Shown in pieces: positions 1 through 12,171 of a stretch of 64,000 nt of DNA; the stretch's first letter is position 1, and every line of letters begins with the position of its first letter. The notes under the pieces were generated by a model that worked only from the letters and a program-made list of their open reading frames with translations, was not told the DNA's origin and did not search any database. Source of the stretch: Phoronis australis (taxonomy: Eukaryota; Animalia; Phoronida); the NCBI GenBank assembly GCA_002633005.1, contig NMRA01000014.1:459898-523897 (forward strand), given 5' to 3'. The position numbers were made by a program, and so were the translations under genes.

Positions 1-533
1 AAATATTTCGTAAACAACATCCCTGTGTTTGCGTTGTTTTATGTTGATTTTTCTAAATTTATACTTTGTGATTACTCTGGTTATTTACCCACAACCCAAC
101 TGATTCGAAGTTTTATGTCCGTGACACAAAATTGCTACTCCTTAAATAATCTTCATCAGTTGGTAAAACTTCATTTTCATTTGTTGTTAAGGATTTATCA
201 GTAATTCGAGTCCGGCTGAAGTTTGACAACCGGTACTTCATGTACGTAGTTCCTTGCGTAATATTCAGTAAACATATCACTCGCTGGCCGCATTACCATG
301 TAAGGGATGGACGATTACGTTATACATCATCGGTCACAAGCTGAAAAATCGAAGCGTTGAGGATTTTCGGGCAGGTTTATTCGCAGCTGTCTTCCAAAAC
401 TTGGTTGGGGAGAAACCCAGATGACACATGGGTATCTTTTGCCTCCAGAGCCCTCAGCATCTCCGGCAGCCCTAATTAGTAGTGAGGGGCACCTTCGGTT
501 GCGCGCCCGTCCGTTGGGCAGATGGGGACTTAA

Positions 534-1359
534 AGGAGAATGCCACCCAAAAAACAACCTATTTTGTATCAATTTAGATCGAGTAGTTCTACTGCGGTTG
601 CGTTACCTGACACCTGACGGCTGACGGAGGTGTTGAAATTATCCAATGATGTACCGGTAATTGGTTTCACACGCAGTCTGTTCAGCAGTTCAGAGCACGG
701 GTCAGTGGTGTCAGCTTATCGTTTGAATTCATCGTTTAACACCAATAAATCATCAAACTTCGATGTAAAACCCTTAAAAATACACCGAATTCTTATAAAA
801 ACGTGCTGTTTTATTTCGCTGTTACGGATTTACTGGTATTAGGACAAACCGTAGCCTACAAAGTTCAGCAGGTCAATTTACCAAGATCCGTAGTAGAGAG
901 AGTAGGAGTTTGGGGTCTGTTCGGAGATAAATTCGAAGTATTCTACCGTGAAACAGGAGAACCTAGATCAGTATTGTTTATACTTGTGATTTTTTTAGTT
1001 CTAAACACACAAAACGCTTGTTATCCCGGCCAGTGGCTCGGAACCCGATCAGGCCCGTCGCGGCCTCCAACAGCATACCTTTCATTCTTCACTACCGCGA
1101 GTCACTTCTTAAGCATTTCGGGCTCTCGAGGTAGTCGAAAAAACGATATACCCTCTTTCTTCGCAGCTTCATAGTTCGGACAAGCGAGAACCGATGCACC
1201 CCAAATAGCGGCATTCACTCTGCAGACGAACCACTGACGTCTCTGCGTCGCTTCTCACCTTCCTCACAGGTTAACCCGACACCTCTCGGCAAGGTAAGGT
1301 GTGGATATAGACCGATTAAAACGATCAAAAAGACTAAATAAATCGGGTGGCATTCTCCT
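534..1359 (-). mobile_element. Non-autonomous Kolobok-type DNA transposon (deletion derivative) with THAP-domain remnant
   Basis: TIRs AGGAGAATGCCACCC (534) / GGGTGGCATTCTCCT (to 1359), flanked by TTAA (530-533) and TAAA. Minus strand ~1070-1185 reads ACPNYEAAKKEGISFFRLPREPEMLKK*LAVVKNERY (THAP N-terminal half). Homologous to 61614-64000 and ~40975-41366. Confidence 0.8.
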
Positions 1360-2433
1360 TAAAGTTTACTTCATTTGGGGGCATGTCGATTGAGAGAAGC
1401 AGTGTCAGAAAGGAAATCTGCAGGAAGATTCCATCGGGTGTTGAATGGTGTTGATGAATTTTAATCTATAGCGTATCAGTCGACAACTGCTGTTTTCTGT
1501 TGACAATGTGGAAGAGTGAAACTTCGGATTCCGAACTTTACTGAAGAGCCACCTGATGAAGCAGCACGGTGCCACCTTCAGATATTGAAAACATTCTGCA
1601 TATGACGGATATTTCGACTCATCATGTTGCTCAATGAATGAAAATGGCGCGAAAAAGTAAAACATGTGCAAATAATTCGAGATGCAGAAGACACTACGAA
1701 CGTGAGTCGCCACGAGTCACGTAAATTCGCACAATCAAGGCAAATAATACGTAATTCAATGTTTACGATATGAAGAATTATGTTCATTCGATAGGTAAGC
1801 GATAAAACAAATGCTCAATTCACTTGCGTCTTCTGACAGAACGTTGAAATATAGCAAACCGTCTCACGGATCTTTCTGCGGAGCAGTGGTTCAGAGCCAG
1901 AAAAATAGCGGATGACGCTTAACGCGAACAAAAAAGTCACAGATGTAAAATTAGGCCTACTTCAATTTTCGCTGGGCATAATAGAAATATAGCGTATGAT
2001 TATAGTGGGTTAAAAGTTTACTAAGAGTACAGATCCCTGGAGTCCAGAAAAATAACACAATAGATAATGAATAGAGAATCCATATTTTTGGAACTTGCAA
2101 TCCAATTACTTTATGCAGCAGCTATCGTTGATGCAAAATTGGAATTGTAGAATCAATTACATAGGTGGGCTTGCTACGCTAAATTTGAGTCTAAAACGCC
2201 ATTGCGTGTTAAGTGTTTTGTGGATAGAGGTAAATTTTCTCCACGGTTAGTCTACCACCCTTGGTAAGGAATTGATTATCACGCCTAGTAGCCATGTAAC
2301 AATTTTGCTTTCCATGTTTTATAGTGATACTTGCCGCATTGAAAATCGTGACAAATGAATCGCGCTCAGGTAAGGAAAGGCTGTTCGATTCTGTGTTGAC
2401 TTGAAACATCTCAGAGGGTGCAGCGTCGTTGCC

Positions 2434-3406
2434 CATAGGCGGATTTAGGGGGGGGNNNNNNNNNNNNNNNNNNNNNNNNNNNNNNNNNNNNNNNNNNNNN
2501 NNNNNNNNNNNNNNNNNNNNNNNNNNNNNNNNNNNNNNNNNNNNNNNNNNNNNNNNNNNNNNNNNNNNNGGCTCAGATCCAATTTCAAGTGTCAAATTCG
2601 GAACACGGCGCATTCGTAACGGAACTATGGCTAAGAATAGGCTCTCGCGCGATATCCCAGGCGACCGGCAGTGGCGCTGCGCACTACGACCCCGTTTCTG
2701 TCGTCTGCTCCACTGTGCTATGAAGAAAATTTACTTCATTTTTCAAAGAAAATGGAACCTTAGTGACGATGAAAAAACAGAAGCTGTTGGTAAGATGTGA
2801 ATTATAATCGAAGCCTTAGTGAATCACTCAGAAACTCATAATTCTCTCTTTGTCAAACCTTAACTTAAGACGATTTCCAAAGCAATCCCGTCATTATTGC
2901 CAACACGAAAAACGGATTTGGTCTTTTGGGCATTTGAAAACTATTTCAATTACAAAAAATTTGTTAAGAACCGATTGCACAAAATATAAAACATGTAATA
3001 AGCATTACAAAAAGAAGTAGATTTCGCGAGCAAACGATGTGGACCGTAAACAAGTAGGTTTCTTAATACAAGATTGGTAGTTAAATCGTGGTGGTGTTGC
3101 GGTAAAGCACGCGCGCTCTTTCCGCCAGGTCGTGAGTTCGAGTCTGTGGATCTTGCAGTTTTTCCTGTTTAACATGTTCTTGTTTTTTTTTGTTTTTTTT
3201 TTGCTTTTTTATTCTTGGATATTACTTCAGGAATCAAGGAAAATGCTTGATTTTTAGAGGAAAAAACAGAAAAATTTCCTGGGCAAACCCCCCTCCCGAC
3301 CTCCCCCCATTCGGTGCTATACGCATCTACAATCGTGATTTGCGCAAATGCTTACAGCCGGACAAAATATTGGGCCCCCCCTTGTGATATCCCAGATCCG
3401 CCACTG
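2434..3406. mobile_element. Non-autonomous CA...TG DNA transposon with 5-bp TSD (hAT5-like)
   Basis: Ends CATAGGCGGATTT / AGATCCGCCACTG. Perfect TSD TTGCC at 2429-2433 and 3407-3411. Inverted copy at 62363-63319 and partial copy from 54521. Contains an N gap (2456-2568). Confidence 0.8.
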
Positions 3407-4042
3407 TTGCCAATGTGACTGGTGGGGCTTTCTACTCGGGCTGTACCCGACATGGGTGCACATTGCCTGAGGAGAGCAGTATAAACAATCCGGTCGGCAA
3501 GAAATTTGAGACAGGGTGGCATCGTTATCTTCCATCCGATGTAGACATATGCTAATAGCTACGCCTCTGCCAACGACGGAATACGAGTCTAATCTTTGGT
3601 TATTTTGCATTGTTTAGCCTACATGCCTTTCGTCGATATGGATCAACAGTATTTAAAAACGCGTAAAACATGTAGCCATACGTCTACGACGTCGACTGCT
3701 GGGATCAGTTTGAAACTGAATATGGACCTTGACATTAACGTTAGTTTCTCGTGTGATTGCTACCAGGAATCCTCCGTAGGCAATTCATAAAATCGACGTT
3801 TTGATGGGCAGGCATTTATACCTGTAAGGTAACATCCAGCGCGGATACCTGAGCATTTATAGAAGAACGTAATAACGTGTGATCTGATGAGATTTGAGCA
3901 GAAAACTTTGGCCGATTTTGTAGTTGAACATTAAAACAATTGGCATGAAACCTAAATTACTGACAGTGATACTACAAAACGAGTTTTCAAAGGTAATAAT
4001 GTTGGAGACTAAAGGTAATTGATGTATTGCATTTCATTTCAG

Positions 4043-4160
4043 GCCCTGAATTCCGAGATGTTTCAGTACAGGGTTCGTACACTTTTAAGGGAAACCTACT
4101 TGAACCAGATTATTTCAGTGACTTAGTAATAGAAGATAGAGGTGTGTTCGTCGGGGGAAG
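4043..4160 (+). CDS. Semaphorin-like gene, Sema module 1, exon A
   Basis: ttcag|...|gtaatc. Translates PEFRDVSVQGSYTFKGNLLEPDYFSDLVIEDRGVFVGGR, matching the Sema N-terminal 'LFVGAR' motif. Phase 1 to 2. Confidence 0.8.
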
Positions 4161-5014
4161 GTAATCGAGTCTCTTACGTTAAATCAGTGTCATTAAAAGT
4201 CCCAAAGCGACCACTGTCGAAGATTTTCGATAACAAAAACTTTTACTTCATGGCGACATTAGTCTTTGGCCAGATGTACATGTATAAGAGGAAGGTGACA
4301 GCGCAAGTGATAACGATGTTCATGATCAACGTTTCAATTTAATGGCTTAAATCATCATCAGGTATGAGTCATGCAACAATCAACTTTATATCAAAGTGCA
4401 AGAGGTAGAGTATCTGTATTCAGCTATTTCAACCATATCCACCCAAATCTCATTTAATTAACTGAATTGTTGCTTCTGGTATCAAGGGTTTTTTCGTTGC
4501 TACCCTCACTCTTACCTTGTTCGTCAATTATTGAACACGCTGGAAACCTTGCACAATTAATTTTAATTGAGAAAAATCAACACCTCGTAATAGACATTCT
4601 CTTCCGATGTCACCATACTCCAGTTTCTTGCGATTAGCTCTTTTATTCTTGTTTCCCGCGGTTTCGCATGTTTAAGAATAATTACCTGCCTCATTGCGTC
4701 CGAAAACAGAAATATTTCTCACCGGAGTACTATCCATAATACGTACCATGTATGGATCGACCCAAATAAGATCGTTGTCAGCATCCCTCGTTTTGGCACT
4801 GATGTCGTATGCTTCTTTACGGGTCACTGAATTCCTATAAATAAGACCTGTTTGCCTTTTTCGAGGTTTCTTCAACGTTTGGTTGCGTGACCTGTAAACA
4901 CATTGTATGTGATACTGTGTGTTGGGAATTTCCCTATGCTCCACGACTAAGGCTCTCACAAGTCATGATATTGGTTCATAACAGTTTTTGAGTTTTTCGA
5001 ATTCTTGTTTTCAG

Positions 5015-5060
5015 GTATTCTTTACATTGGTTGAGCACAGAAGATCTATCCAAGCTATCA
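5015..5060 (+). CDS. Sema module 1, exon B (46 nt)
   Basis: tttcag|...|gtaagc. Reads (R)YSLHWLSTEDLSKLS. Phase 2 to 0. Same length as the paralogous exon 51409-51454. Confidence 0.75.
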
Positions 5061-5599
5061 GTAAGCTATTTTAGTTTTAAATCACTGAAGCTTTGGTTTG
5101 GATACATTTTATGAGCGCAAAGTGCTTCGTACATAACATGGTAAATTTTATGTGTAGTACTGTTTGTTACTTATCACTCGAAGCCACCGACGCTAAGCGC
5201 AGATCGTCAAGCTGATCCACACCTTTGCCCTGTTAGTAGCCTTCTTCATACCATCTAAATTGAATAGACCTATAGAACAACCTAGCCAGCGCTTGAGAAT
5301 GGCACCTGGCCAAAACCTGTCAATTTAGGGAATCTGCTCATTCACGTTGTTGGGGACAGGTGACTCCACTTTAATTACCTTGTAAAATTTTTGCTGCTTT
5401 AAGTCACAGTAAGTCTAGGTGATTTAATCTTGCATCAAGGAAGAATATACACGTGTAGTCAATGTACCTGTTGTTGAGATGCAACCAATACACCATAACA
5501 TCAAGTCTCACAGAAACAGATTGAACCACCTGAGGGTTCAAGTAGTAAAAACAGTAATAGATTCAGACCTCCACGCAGAATGATGAACCCTACTCGCCT

Positions 5600-6705
5600 T
5601 TCATTGCGATCGTCGCCACATCTGCAATACCACTAACTACGAGAACACCCGACATTGTCTGAATCAGCATCACGGTCTACACAACTCAATCCACTTCTGT
5701 CAAGAACTTTGGTTGAATTAAATAACCTTCAAGTAACTCCAAACGTAGTAAGAAAACTGACGGATGAAATTGATTCCAAAAAGATGATGCTTCTGACAGC
5801 ATAACTAGCACCATACTGAAAATGTGTGTCATTAGCAATTCCACTTGCTAAGCTTTTCAACAAACTGCTGCCATCCATCCAGCTGGAAGACTTGGAGTAT
5901 GACCCCCGTTCACAAGAAAGTTTAAACTGCTGGGGTTTCTAAGTACAGACCTGTTAGTCAACTTGTACTCTATCTAAATTGTTCACAATGAATGTTTTCT
6001 CGTCTGTATACAAACTCATGCAGTACAATAATCTATTATATTCAGTCCAGTTCGGTTTTGTGCCTGGGAAAAGTACTGTTATCCAATTAATTGAAATTAT
6101 CCACACCATTCACTCTGAATTTCTGAATGGCAACAACGCCAGGTCTGTCCTTTTGGATTTAGCTTCAGCATTGGACGCTGTACCTCATGACTTGCTATTT
6201 ATTAAATTAAAATCTTATGGAATCACAGGCTATTTGCTCAGGTCATTCACATCTTATCATTTCTATCGCTCCTTTAGGGTCAGAGTTGACGGTGTGTTTT
6301 TTAGTGAAACTCTCGTAGTTTTACAAATACCGGGGGCCTCAAGGTAGTATTTCTGGGGCCATTACTATTCTGCATTTTCCTGAATGATATACCAGACTCA
6401 CTTCATTGCAAGTGTTATTATGTATGCAGACGATGTCTGTATCTTCTATTCATTCCCTAAAGAAAACCTTGAAGAATATTTCCGTTTCCAAACTGATCTT
6501 GATTTACATTGTGGTCCATAAATGGTCCGTGACTTGGTGAACGAATTTCAACCAAAAACAGGTAATGATGTAACATTCATCTCTCGTCTTAGAAAGTTAA
6601 ATTTATCGATATTACCCTCGTTCATAATTTAATACCTAAAAAGTTCTCACCGTCATCTTGGTGCAAATGCACTCCTCGGCATCATTCAGTTGTACCCATA
6701 CCATG
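5600..6705 (+). mobile_element. Decayed CR1/L2-group LINE reverse transcriptase fragment
   Basis: ORF 5979-6347 QFGFVPGKST...LLDLASALDAVPHDLLFIKLKSYGITG, then a frameshifted LGPLLF and YADD (~6423). Interrupted by the gypsy insertion at CCATG. Confidence 0.8.
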
Positions 6706-7602
6706 TGTCAGACGATTAACTGTGGGTTTGTTTAAAAGGTAGCTTTGCTTTGAGATTGTGCCTAGATGGAGAGTGAATAATCGAATCCAGTAATTAATTT
6801 TATTATATGAAAATCCCTGATTAGACAAGTGAAATCGGTTCTTAATTAAGTAATCAACAACAAGGAAGAGTAACTACGCAAGCACACTATTTAAAGATTA
6901 CTTCAATCAATCAACCAAAATAATCAAATGTCGTGTCTGCCATCCAAGCTAGGACTCTCCACTTTTTGGATGACTGCCCTGTTGGTGAATCTTCGAACTA
7001 CAAACCGTGTATAGCGACAGTGTACTTGCTGGTCACCGTCTCTGGTGATGCAACACTTGCAGACAATTTCGTCTACCCGCGATTCTTCCTGCTGGTCACA
7101 GTCTCTGGCTGGTGACCGAACACTTCAGGTAATATCTTACTACCCACGATGCAAGTGCCAAGCTCTTAGTTAACTTCCTGTTCTTTAACCCTTACCCTTG
7201 CCAAGATCCTTTCTAGAATCTTCCACGAGATGGCTGTGTCGTACAATTTCCTCTGTACACCGGAGCAATTCTATATGCTGCAACTACTATAGCTTATCTG
7301 AATTTCATTTTGACTTAAGCCCATATTATATTCTACTTATTTAGTGATTGGTTAATAAAAACACATGGCCATATCCAATAATAACATTGGCTGTTACAGT
7401 TTGTTCTCACAATTTTCTAGAATCTCTAGAGTACTTTGACCCCAGAACCCAAAGTTGTAAACACAATTTAAAAATAGATTTTAACGTCAAAGTACAAGTC
7501 AGCAAGTCTGACCCCATGATTTAAATGTACATATGCACAAAGTTTGGGCACCTTAAAATGGATCTATTCTTACTAATTACTTAATTAATATTTATTCTGA
7601 CA
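6706..7602 (-). repeat. 3' LTR of the gypsy element
   Basis: TGTCAGACG...TTCTGACA, homologous to 12172-13052. Adjacent 7603-7619 is a minus-strand polypurine tract (TGAGGAGGGGCTTATT). Confidence 0.93.
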
Positions 7603-7711
7603 AATAAGCCCCTCCTCAAGAAAATACTTCTTAAGATTTTCTCAACATGGAAGACTTAAATATTGATTAACACTTAGATCTACTACCCAATTTCCATGAA
7701 TCTTCAATACT

Positions 7712-9386
7712 CTAACCGACTCAGGTAATCGGCACCAACATTCTCTGAGCCTTTGATAGCTTCAACCTTAAATCGATAGTTTTGCAATAACAAGGCCCAC
7801 CTTATGATGCGTACATTGACTGTATGTAAGCCAGGCGTTGATGGTCAGTAGGAGTTATAGATTCTTTACCATACAAGTAATTTGCAAATTTTCTGATGGC
7901 AAAAATAATAGCCAAACATTCACCCTCAATGACTGAGTAATTCCGTTCCCGAAGTAACAATCTTTTACTAGAACATGCTAGTGGGAACCTGATATCATCA
8001 CACTCCTGCAACAAAATACAGCCTATACCAGTATCTGACGCATCAGTCTGAACAATAAAAGGTTTACTGAAATCGGATAATCTTAGTATGTGTGCTCTCG
8101 TCAGCACGTCTCGAAGAGTGTCGAACGCATGCTGCTGAGCTTCTTCCCGTTGCACGGTGTTAGGCTGTTTTTTCGTTATGATCCCAGTAAGTGGGAAGGC
8201 GATTTCAGCGAATTTTGGGATGAATTTTCTGTAGTATCTAGCCAACCCAAGAAAAGAACGAACTTATTTCTTCGTTCTGGGTCGTGGTGCATCTCGGATG
8301 CGTCCCAACTTTTCTCCATCCATTGCCAGGGGCCCTTCATCGACCACATGTCCAACCAAATCGACGGATCGAGATCCAACCGAACACTTGGTGGGTAGAA
8401 TCGTTAGTCCAGCCTTTCGCACACGTTGGAAGGTATCTCGCAAGGTGGCAAGGTGTTCAGTCCAGGTCTTATTATGGCACAGAATGTCATCCACATAATG
8501 TTCTGTATTATGTGCTCCTGCCAACGTCTTCCTCATCATGCGGTTGAAGGTCGCTGCCAAATTTACCAGACCAAATGGCATCTTTACGAACTTGTAGCAA
8601 CCACCTGGTACTACAAACGAGGTCTTGGATCGTGATTCTTCGGCGACAATGACTTGCCAGTATCCTTTACTTAGGTCAATTTTCGTAAAATACTGATCTT
8701 TACTGATTCCAGTCACCAGGATTGCCCATAGGTTCCGAGTCGAACTTGGTGATGGCGTTCAATCGACGAAAATTGATACAAAATCGATTTGAACCGTCCT
8801 TCTTCTTCAGTAAGACCATCGGAGAGCTGTAGGGAGCATTGGATGGTACTATGACTCCAAACTTCAACATGTTGCCAATTTCCTCCTGTACAACGGTCCG
8901 TGTGGCACATGGCAGGGGATACGGCTTGACTCTCACCGGCTCTTCACTGATGGTCTCAACCTTGTGCTCAACCAGATGGGTCGTACCTGGTACTTCACTA
9001 AAGATGTCAGAGTTCTCTTCCAGCAGACTTGTCACCTCCCTTCGTTGGCTAGTAGTGAGCTCGTCTGATATCTTGACACCTTTGTACGTTTCTTTTTGGT
9101 TTGTCGATCCCAGCTCTAGAAGATGTTCATCATCGAAAACACCAACTTCATTGTCCATTTCAGGCTGCAGTACAGCTATGGCTGCGATGTCAGAATTCTG
9201 ATCTGCATCACCTTTACTTGCAGCCCCACTTTGATCACGAGATATGTAGAGTTTCAACAGGTTGGCATGGTATGTCTTGGTCTTTCCACCAACCCTTAAT
9301 CGGTAGTCCATTTTATTGAGTAACTCGGTCACTTCATAGGGACCCCTCAACTGGAGTAACAGCTTGTTACTGTGGGTTGGTAACAA
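7712..9386 (-). pseudogene. Gypsy RT + RNase H (frameshifted)
   Basis: ORFs 8700-9386, 8264-8716 (KIDLSKGYWQV, MPFGL, YVDD) and 7802-8245 (VQTDASDTGIG, ECLAIIFAI). The tail reads [27 protein letters not shown]. Confidence 0.92.
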
Positions 9387-9403
9387 TATTAAGACTTGAT
9401 CTC

Positions 9404-10387
9404 CTACTTTGAAGCTACACCAGCATTTCGTAAGTTTTCCCGCACCAGTTCACATGTCTCTTCCATACGATGTCGCAAGTCGAGGACATACTCATAAGTA
9501 TTCCGTACGTCTGGTGCTTCATTGCCAGTCCACAACTCTTTAAGCACCCGCATGTGCCCTCTTACGGTTCTACCATACGACAGTTCAAATGGCGAGAAAC
9601 CTGTGCTCACTTGTGGTACCTCTCGGTAGGCGAACAGTACTGCTGGTAAGTACCGGTCCCAATCTTGTGGACGGTCTTGGCACATTTTCTTAAGCATACT
9701 CTTCAGTACACCGTTAATACGCCCACGCAATCCATTGCATTTCGGATTTTACGGAGTGGTGAACAGTTGCTTCATGGATATCAACCGTGCAACTTCTTAC
9801 AGTACTTCTGAGGTAAACTGTGTCCCACAGTCACTAAGCACCTCTCGTGGAAAGCCAATTCTACAGAAGGTTTCAAACAGTGCTTCTGCGACTCTCTCAG
9901 CTTCTATTCTAGGTAGAGGGACTGCCTCTGGGTATCTTGTGGCATAGTCTACGATAGTGAGAATGTAACGGTTGCCTCTGTCTGTGATTGGCGACACAAG
10001 ACCAATCAAATCAACAGCTATACGCTGGAACGGTTCTTCCATAAGCAGCATCTCGCCCAATGGCATTTTAGAGATCATGTTCTTAGGAGTCGTTCGCTTG
10101 CAGATGTCACATGATCTGCGGAAACGATTTATGTCACTGCCAACTCCTGGACAATAAAAGCTACTGGCTATTCTATCACTGGTCTTGTTCACACCAAGGT
10201 GCTCACCAACGATTGACTCGTGAGCTAGCGTCATAACCTGTTGTCGATATTTGACAGGGACAAGTATCTGACGCAATTCTTTGGGGTTATCAGCATACAC
10301 TCGGTACAGGACCCCCTTCTGCTTCTCATACCAGTATTGATCTCTATCACGTGTTCTTGCTGGTTTGTCTTTCTCAACAAGTTCCAT
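9404..10387 (-). pseudogene. Gypsy integrase (HHCC + DDE), located upstream of RT
   Basis: AHESIVGEHLG...CDIC, IAVDLIG, VDYATRYPEAVPL, LSDCGTQF, and WDRYLPAVLFAYREVPQVSTGFSPFEL. A GPY motif (GPYEV) follows in ORF 8700-9386. Confidence 0.92.
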
Positions 10388-11035
10388 GAGCTTACGTCAG
10401 GAAGGATCATGTTGTTGCTCGTCCTTCAATTTGCTGACGTCGAGACTTTCCACTCCGGATGGAGTCACCGCCAAAGGCTGAATAGGTTTCTCTCTCTTCA
10501 TAGCCTGTGCTCTAGTAGTGACTGCGGACATGACACTATCTCGTGGCTGCCAATTGAAATCTGGATCCTTGCTGACGTCAACAGCACTCCCTATGATGAG
10601 GTCGTACATGGGTGTTCTTATACACAACGCTTTGATTTCACCAAGGAAGTATGGAGTGTCTACCTCAATCTTCGCTATGGGAAAGGATCGTGCTGTGCCA
10701 TCTATTAGCACACATGTGTTGTTTCCCCGTCAGTTGATTTTTTGACCAGGGACGTCTTCACCGCTGCACTACTGCAACCAGTGTCACGCATCATGCGCAT
10801 TTATTTCTCGTTGACGTAACTGTCACTAACGGGCATATTGTGGTCAGCTGGAGGTTCTTTGTGCTTGTCACAGGCTCCTGTCTCTAGGGGTATCGATGTC
10901 CCATCGACTAACTTCAGACAGCCATCAACTATGTGCTGCTCTACCGGGCTACCCGTTGCTACCACAGCTTGACACATTCCTGCCTTCTTGGTGTCTTCTT
11001 TCTTAGTCCGTTCTTGCTGCGTGGAGGACGATTGC

Positions 11036-11949
11036 TCACTTGCAGCGGAACTTTTTTACTGTGGTAGTTTCATCCAGCAGTCCCTGGTTAGATGACCCTT
11101 GCGATGCCATGTCACCCTTGTTTCTGGTCATTGACGGACGAGGAGTCTCTGTCCTTCGTTCTTCTGTGTTGCTTGGCGGTGCCTGTCTTCCCGCTACCTG
11201 TCCCAAGTCTTTCTTTGCAAACCCTTTGCCCAACCAACCAGTACAGTGGGCGTCCATGTACTGTTGAGCAATGGCAGACATCTCGTCGAAGGTCTTCTGT
11301 TTCCGTTCCCTCAGGAATACCGACATCTCAGGATGACATACTCTCGGATCAGTAAGTCTCTGATACCATCATAAGTCACCTCGACCTCCGCCAGTTGTGT
11401 CCATCGGTCAAAGAACCTTTTCAGTTTTGCCCCGAATTGGAACACGTTTTCACCCCTTTCAGGCTTGGACTCTCTGAACTTTCGTCGGAACCCGTCTTCG
11501 ATTAGCTCATACCTATGCAGCAGCGCCACCTTTAGTTGGTCATAGTTGTTGGACGGCATATTGTTGAACACCTGTAGGCCTTAACCCGTCAACAATGGAC
11601 TCAAATCCACAGCCCACTCCAATTTATCACACTTCTGGCTTGTGGAAAATGTCTCAAATCGGGCTGGGAAGGCATCCATGTCGTCGAAGGGCTTGTCGAA
11701 CCTTGGCAGTTTGGGACGACTGGTAAGTACACCACTGCTTGAAGCCCCACCACTAGGTGTCGCTTTGAGCTCAATCTCAATAACTTGGGTCCGCTCTGCT
11801 TGTTCCCGTGCAAGCTCTGCCTTTTCCAGTTCTTGTTTATGGGCACGCTCTGCTTGTTCTTGTGCAAGCTCTACCTTTTCCAGCTCTTGTTCATGGACGC
11901 GCTCTGCCTGTTCCAGTTCTCGTTTAAGGGCACGCTTTTTACGCTCCAA
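11036..11949 (-). pseudogene. Gypsy gag (SCAN-related capsid region, coiled-coil repeats)
   Basis: KLPRFD..DMDAF.ARFE, LSPLLTG, YDQLKVALLHRYEL.EDGFRRKFR. N-terminal 51-bp repeats encode EQAERxHxQELEKxELA. Confidence 0.85.
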
Positions 11950-12150
11950 GGCCTACCGCAAGAACTCCTCTGCGCACTTCCCTAACTCTTCACCGGTATA
12001 ACCAAATTGTTTTGCTTGCGCAATATAATTTTCAAAATCCAGTTTAGATGAAGGGTTTTATTCCTAGAATGCACTTTCTTAATTAATATTCAAACGGTAA
12101 TTACTGAATTATAAACAATTCAACACAATCACGTAAACCTTTATTTAAAC

Positions 12151-12168
12151 TCTCCCGGACTAGCCCCG
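12151..12168 (-). promoter_or_regulatory. Primer-binding site, tRNA-Pro-like
   Basis: Minus strand GGGGCTAGTCCGGGA immediately inside the 5' LTR, resembling the canonical tRNA-Pro PBS TGGGGGCTCGTCCGGGAT. Confidence 0.75.
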
Positions 12169-12171
12169 ATT

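Noticed and set aside
6933-7115. Duplicated small ORF (also 12392-12577)
   Set aside because: Simply the two LTR copies.
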